Shown here: piece after piece, positions 59,669-64,000 of the stretch
Numbering within the stretch: position 1 is the first letter of the stretch
Layout of the letters: each line of letters begins with the position of its first letter
Assembly (NCBI GenBank): GCA_963782055.1
Contig: CAWAIF010000003.1
Coordinates: 5,280,001 to 5,344,000 of the forward strand
DNA length: 64,000 nucleotides
Direction of reading: 5' to 3'
From: an uncultured delta proteobacterium
Lineage (GTDB): Bacteria; Myxococcota_A; Polyangia; Polyangiales; Polyangiaceae
Made by a program: the position numbers and the translations under genes
The notes under the pieces: generated by a model
Seen by the model: only the letters and a program-made list of their open reading frames with translations
The model's database searches: none
Told to the model about the DNA's origin: nothing

Positions 59669-62029
59669 TTACAGGTCCATTCCCGTGCCCGGCTTCTTGT
59701 GGGCGTAGTAGCGGGTGAAGGTGTCGAAGAACATGTCCGCCCGCACGCGCCAGAAGTCCGGGCTGGCGTTGGGGCCCGGCTTGACGCCCCGCCGCTGGGC
59801 GTCCTCGAGCGCATCCAGCGACGGCGCGTAGGCGCGCTCCCGCTGCCGGAAGTCACGGTTGTGCCCGGCGCTCGGCATGTCGGCGTGGAGCATCTCGTGG
59901 AACATCAGAAACTCCACGACGAAGAGCGGGACGTCCGGCGAGTTCAGGACGCAGTTGAGGGTGATGCTCTTGTCGGAGTAGCGGCAGAATCCCCAGAGGC
60001 TGGTGGTCACCCGCGTGGACCACCGCATGTCGCCGATGAGCGGCGAGCCGTTCGGGAAGTGCTTCTTCACGCTGAGCACGCCGTCACGGAGCGCCGTCAG
60101 GGAGTAGCCCCGCTCACCCTCCGGCCACCCGCGCGGCGCATCGGTCGGCACCACCTTCACCACCTCCGGCGCGGCCGGCGGCTTGGGCGGGCTCAGGATG
60201 TTGTTCAGCTCCCGGCTGACGTCTTCGATGAACGCGTGCTGGTCGTCCCGGTAGACGCCCCGGCACGCCGGTTTGGCGTCCCAGATGTCCTGCATGAACT
60301 TCTGCTGCGCCAGCAGGGCGAGGTTCTGGTCGACCATGGCGCGCGCCACCGTGCGGGGGTCGAACGCCTTCTTCTCCTCGAAGGTGTAGCTGTGGATGGT
60401 GCAGCCCTTCCGCCGCGCGTCGAGCAGGCCCTTGATATCGGCCCAGCGGGGGAGCGGGTCGGGTACGTCGGCGAAGTACTTGCGGAGCAGGTCGCGCGCG
60501 ATGTCTTCGGTCACGTCCTCGGGGACGGACTCGGGCGTGGGGAAGGCGGCGAGGAGCGCGGCGAGCTGCTCGTGCTGGTTGTCGAAGACCATCACCGACC
60601 GGCGCTGCAGGTCGTCCTCGAAGGTCTCCTCCCACGTGTACCAGCTGTGCGGAAGGCACTGAAAGACGCCCTCCAGCTGGCCGCGGACGTTGCTCTGCAG
60701 CAGCCGGTACGCCTCGCGCACCAGCTCCACGGGGATGGGGATGCGCTGGGTGTCCGTCGGTGCCGCGGTCTCCTTCGAGACATCGAGCGGCTCGCTCAGC
60801 ACGTACTCGGCGTCGAGCACGTTGAACTGCTCCCAGGTGTCGAGGAAGGTGACCAGGTACGCCGTCTCGTTGCCGCTCGACTCCTTGCCGCGCAGCGCCC
60901 GGCCGACCATCTGCGCCAGCAGCCCCTCCGAGTGTGTCGGCCGGGCGATGAAGACGGTGCGCGTGTGCGGGGCGTCGAAGCCCTCGGTCAGCATCTCGAC
61001 ATTGACCAGCACGTCGGGCTTCTTCTTCTCCTGGTACCTGACGATGATGTCCTGCGCGTCGTCGCGGCTATAGTCGACGTAGTCCGCGTCCACGCCCTTC
61101 TTCTGGAACTCGCCGGCGAGGGTCTGCGCGTGCAGCGTGTCCGCGGCGAAGACGATGGTCGGCCCGTACGTCCCGCGCTTCTTCAGGTAGTGCTCGACGA
61201 TGAGCTGGTTGCGCGAGGCGTTCTTGGCGAGCCGGCCGAGCACGTTGGGGGCCAGCTCCCCGAAGCGCTCCAGGTGCTTGTAGTCCTCCGGCGTGAAGTC
61301 CTTCTCCAGATTCACGTTGGTCTTCACCGTCTCGAAGCTGGGGGCCGCGAGGATGCCGCGCTCGGTGAGCTCCCGGCGGGTGACCTGGTAGACGACAGTC
61401 TTGTCGAAGAGCGCGCTCAGGCGCTTCTCGTCCTCCTCGTCCGAGCGCACCGGCGTCGCGGTGAGGCCGAGCAGGGGCGCGCCGGCCTTCTTCAGCTTCT
61501 TGAGCAGGTCGTAGGAGCGGGGGGCTGGCGCGTGGTGCGCCTCGTCCAGCACGACGAAGAGGCCGCCGGGCGAGCCGTCCTGGAGCTCCGCGAGGAAGCC
61601 GGTGTTGAGCACCGCGCTCTGCATCGACGAGAAGACGACCTCGTGCTCCGGGCTCACCGCCGACCACTTGCCGAAGACGGAGGAGATGGCGATGAAGTTC
61701 AGCGACTCCTTGCGCGGGTGGGCGACGTTGGCGATGCGCCGGAAGGCGTTGAAGGCCTGGCGGAGGAGACTGCGCCGGTGGGCGAGCCAGAGCACCCGCC
61801 CGCCGTTGGCGATGTGGTTGCTGAGGAGCCAGTGCGCGGCGAGCAGGGTCTTGCCGCCGCCGGTGGGGACGACGACGAGGCCCGCCTGCTTCCTGTTGTT
61901 CAAGAAGTGGGCGCTGAGGCGGTCCTGCGCCGCGAGCTGGTGGTGATGCAGCGTCACGGGGCTCGGCTGCGCGCGCAGCTTCAGGCGGACGTCGTGCTCC
62001 CAGGTGGAGGAATCAGTGGTCGTGATCAT
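59669..62029 (-). CDS. SF2 (ResIII/DEAH-like) helicase fused to a C-terminal HExxH zinc-metalloprotease (YgjP/SprT-like) domain
   Basis: PTGGGKT, DEAHH, TATP, MLTEGFDAP, QMVGRALR; then WGFC...ITLN...FHEMLH...GHNRDF. Confidence 0.88.
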   Translation of the reverse strand: MITTTDSSTWEHDVRLKLRAQPSPVTLHHHQLAAQDRLSAHFLNNRKQAGLVVVPTGGGKTLLAAHWLLSNHIANGGRVLWLAHRRSLLRQAFNAFRRIANVAHPRKESLNFIAISSVFGKWSAVSPEHEVVFSSMQSAVLNTGFLAELQDGSPGGLFVVLDEAHHAPAPRSYDLLKKLKKAGAPLLGLTATPVRSDEEDEKRLSALFDKTVVYQVTRRELTERGILAAPSFETVKTNVNLEKDFTPEDYKHLERFGELAPNVLGRLAKNASRNQLIVEHYLKKRGTYGPTIVFAADTLHAQTLAGEFQKKGVDADYVDYSRDDAQDIIVRYQEKKKPDVLVNVEMLTEGFDAPHTRTVFIARPTHSEGLLAQMVGRALRGKESSGNETAYLVTFLDTWEQFNVLDAEYVLSEPLDVSKETAAPTDTQRIPIPVELVREAYRLLQSNVRGQLEGVFQCLPHSWYTWEETFEDDLQRRSVMVFDNQHEQLAALLAAFPTPESVPEDVTEDIARDLLRKYFADVPDPLPRWADIKGLLDARRKGCTIHSYTFEEKKAFDPRTVARAMVDQNLALLAQQKFMQDIWDAKPACRGVYRDDQHAFIEDVSRELNNILSPPKPPAAPEVVKVVPTDAPRGWPEGERGYSLTALRDGVLSVKKHFPNGSPLIGDMRWSTRVTTSLWGFCRYSDKSITLNCVLNSPDVPLFVVEFLMFHEMLHADMPSAGHNRDFRQRERAYAPSLDALEDAQRRGVKPGPNASPDFWRVRADMFFDTFTRYYAHKKPGTGMDL

Positions 62030-62167
62030 CGTCTTGCCTCCTGAGGACGATGCCAGCGCCGTGCCAACAAGTGACCCCCTGATTTCCCGCCAACAAGGGC
62101 TCGCTGCCGTAAGGAACCTACCGAGATCGGAAGCTTCCTTCTCCCCCAGTACATGTCGGCCAAACAG

Positions 62168-63865
62168 CTACCTGAGGCCCGACAGCGACACGCCTCGCAG
62201 CGCCGCGGCAAACTCGGAGCACGTGTCGAAACGCTCGTCAAAGTCCGGGCTCAGCGCTCGGAGGAGCGCATCGTTCTGCGGCTCGCTCAATCGCGCGAAC
62301 GTCCGCGGTCGGTAGGGCGCCGTGAAGACCCGGCCCTCGAGCATCGAGGAGAAGACGAGCGCCAGGGAATACTGGTCGGACTTCTTGTGAGCCTGGGCGC
62401 CCTCCCGCTGCTCGGGTGCGGCGTAGGCCGGGGTGTATCCGCGTGGGTGCGTCGCCAGGACGGTGTGCTTCCCGACCGTGTTCTTCCCAGCGGTGCCCTT
62501 CAGCGCGATCCCGAAGTCCGTCACCCGCACGTTCCAGGTGGCTCCCCGCGTCTCCACGAGAATGTTCCCCGGCTTCACGTCCTGGTGGATCACGCTGCAG
62601 CGGTGCGCGAAGTCGAGCCCGGCCGCCACCTGCGTGACCACGTCCACCGCACGCCCGATGCTCAGCTCCCCGATCTCCGTGAGCACGTCCTCGAGGGACC
62701 GGCCTCCATGCTGCAGGACGAGGTAGGTCCCGTGGATCGGGTCACGGCCGTAGTCCTTGTAGGCACAGATGTTCTGGTGGCTCAGATCGTACGCCACGCC
62801 AATCTCCTCCCGCAGTGACTCGTGGGCCTCGGGCAGCCCCAGCTTGACCACCACACGGTGCTCGGGCAGGTCTACGCGCGTCGCTTCGAAGACTCTCCCA
62901 AACCCTCCTGCGCCAAGCTCACGCCCGAGCTTGTACTTACCGCCGAGGAGCGGCGCCGGCGGGTTGGTTGGTGCGGGGGATGCGGGGGCCGCCGCCGGCG
63001 CACTCGGTGGCGCGGCAGGGGGCCGTTCCGGACGCCTCCCCCTCGGCCGTAGCTCCGGCACGAGCGTATCCACGCGCGTGTTGCCCTGAGCGTCGGCAAG
63101 GCGCTGCCACACTTCACTCGGGGGTAGCTCCACGACATCGGCGATCAGCCGCACCAGCGATGGCGAGCGTCTCGCCCCCGCCGAGGTAAGTGATCCCAGC
63201 ACGTCCCGAGGCACGTCCCCCAGCTCGTCCGGTGGCCACCTGGCATCGAATACGTTCCGCAACAGGGTTCGGCCATGCGCGACACGCAGTCGCTTGCCGG
63301 CCGAGGCGGGCGTGATGCCCAGCAGCTCCGCGAGCCAGCCGATGAACGCTCCGGATCCTCGAACGGACACGGCGCGTACAGCCGCGAGAAGCTCCACAGC
63401 GGAGAATCGCCTCCGGCCGTCACGGAACGCGGCGTCGTCGTGGACCACTGGCCTGTCGCGCTCTTCCCCCTCGTCCTCGTCGTCGTCCTCGTCGTCGTCC
63501 TCGTCGTCGTCCTCGTCGTCGTCGTACTCCACCAGCTCGGGGAACGTGTTTCCAACGAGCGCGTTGCCGTGGGTGTGGTTCAGGCGCTGCCGGACGGTCC
63601 GCATGCTGAGACCCGCTGCAACAGCTATCTCCCGGTCGAGCGCCGCCTCGCGCGCCAAGGCCACCGTGAGCGGCCCGAGGGTGTCCACGTCCGTCGGCCA
63701 ATCGTCCCACAGCGCGTTGCGCACCAGCATGTTGCCGCGTGCGCTACGAATCCGGCTACGGATAGCGCGCTGGGACAGACCGGTGACCGCCGCTAGGAGA
63801 GGGGCATAGTCTTCGTCCAGATCCTCCACCTCGGAGCAGCGCAGGTCGCCGATTCCGGTACCCAT
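62168..63865 (-). CDS. Hanks-type Ser/Thr kinase with four N-terminal helical repeats and an acidic linker
   Basis: GAGGFGRV, VVK, HQDVKPGN, DFG, YAAPE, SDQYS; no TM segment. Confidence 0.9.
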   Translation of the reverse strand: MGTGIGDLRCSEVEDLDEDYAPLLAAVTGLSQRAIRSRIRSARGNMLVRNALWDDWPTDVDTLGPLTVALAREAALDREIAVAAGLSMRTVRQRLNHTHGNALVGNTFPELVEYDDDEDDDEDDDEDDDEDEGEERDRPVVHDDAAFRDGRRRFSAVELLAAVRAVSVRGSGAFIGWLAELLGITPASAGKRLRVAHGRTLLRNVFDARWPPDELGDVPRDVLGSLTSAGARRSPSLVRLIADVVELPPSEVWQRLADAQGNTRVDTLVPELRPRGRRPERPPAAPPSAPAAAPASPAPTNPPAPLLGGKYKLGRELGAGGFGRVFEATRVDLPEHRVVVKLGLPEAHESLREEIGVAYDLSHQNICAYKDYGRDPIHGTYLVLQHGGRSLEDVLTEIGELSIGRAVDVVTQVAAGLDFAHRCSVIHQDVKPGNILVETRGATWNVRVTDFGIALKGTAGKNTVGKHTVLATHPRGYTPAYAAPEQREGAQAHKKSDQYSLALVFSSMLEGRVFTAPYRPRTFARLSEPQNDALLRALSPDFDERFDTCSEFAAALRGVSLSGLR

Positions 63866-64000
63866 GGCACCACAACATACAACAGACCGTGGCGGGAGTG
63901 GTGCACCCGGAGGCGGGAAACCGAGCGGCGAGCCGGACGCTACCGCCAGCCCGCACCCCGACGAAGCCGCTCCACCAGCTTCTTGAGCCGGATGGTCACC

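Noticed and set aside
63471..63525. Phase-variable microsatellite
   Set aside because: The 12-bp unit is in frame and encodes the DDDE linker, so length change would not switch expression.
1..64000. Numerous long Arg/Ala/Pro-rich overlapping ORFs in the six-frame track
   Set aside because: Shadow ORFs expected in high-GC DNA. They lack motifs and overlap well-supported genes.

Overview
High-GC window whose gene content and protein style suggest a myxobacterium (inference). 1-25.9 kb is host chromosome: GNAT, NlpC/P60-lectin fusion, glucokinase, MsrA, serpin, phosphoesterase, Na+/H+ antiporter, MscS plus a frameshifted membrane ATPase, Pal/OmpA, a cusCBA-type efflux operon and a REC-EAL regulator. 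From 25.9 kb the window is accessory DNA organised around a tRNA-Gly(GCC) 3' end that is reiterated in 146-bp tandem repeats. One repeat copy is split by a 22.6-kb integrative element bounded by the 14-bp direct repeat GAGCGGGAGAAGGG (26151-26164 and 48747-48760). That element carries a tyrosine integrase, an Xis-like gene, an IS4-disrupted P4/D5-type primase-helicase, a RadA-like ATPase operon, and a secreted-protein locus duplicated as a cassette with a swapped C-terminus. Beyond the tRNA remnant at 48.9 kb lies a defence-island-like region with AbiE and VapBC45-like toxin-antitoxin pairs. It also holds the best candidate for a new system, five co-oriented genes: Ser/Thr kinase with four N-terminal HTH-like repeats, SF2 helicase fused to an HExxH protease, degenerate PLD protein, unknown protein, and a SIR2-like protein split by IS21. 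Three IS elements have exact ends and target-site duplications, and each interrupted gene can be rebuilt in frame. All calls come from reading motifs by eye; no database search was run.
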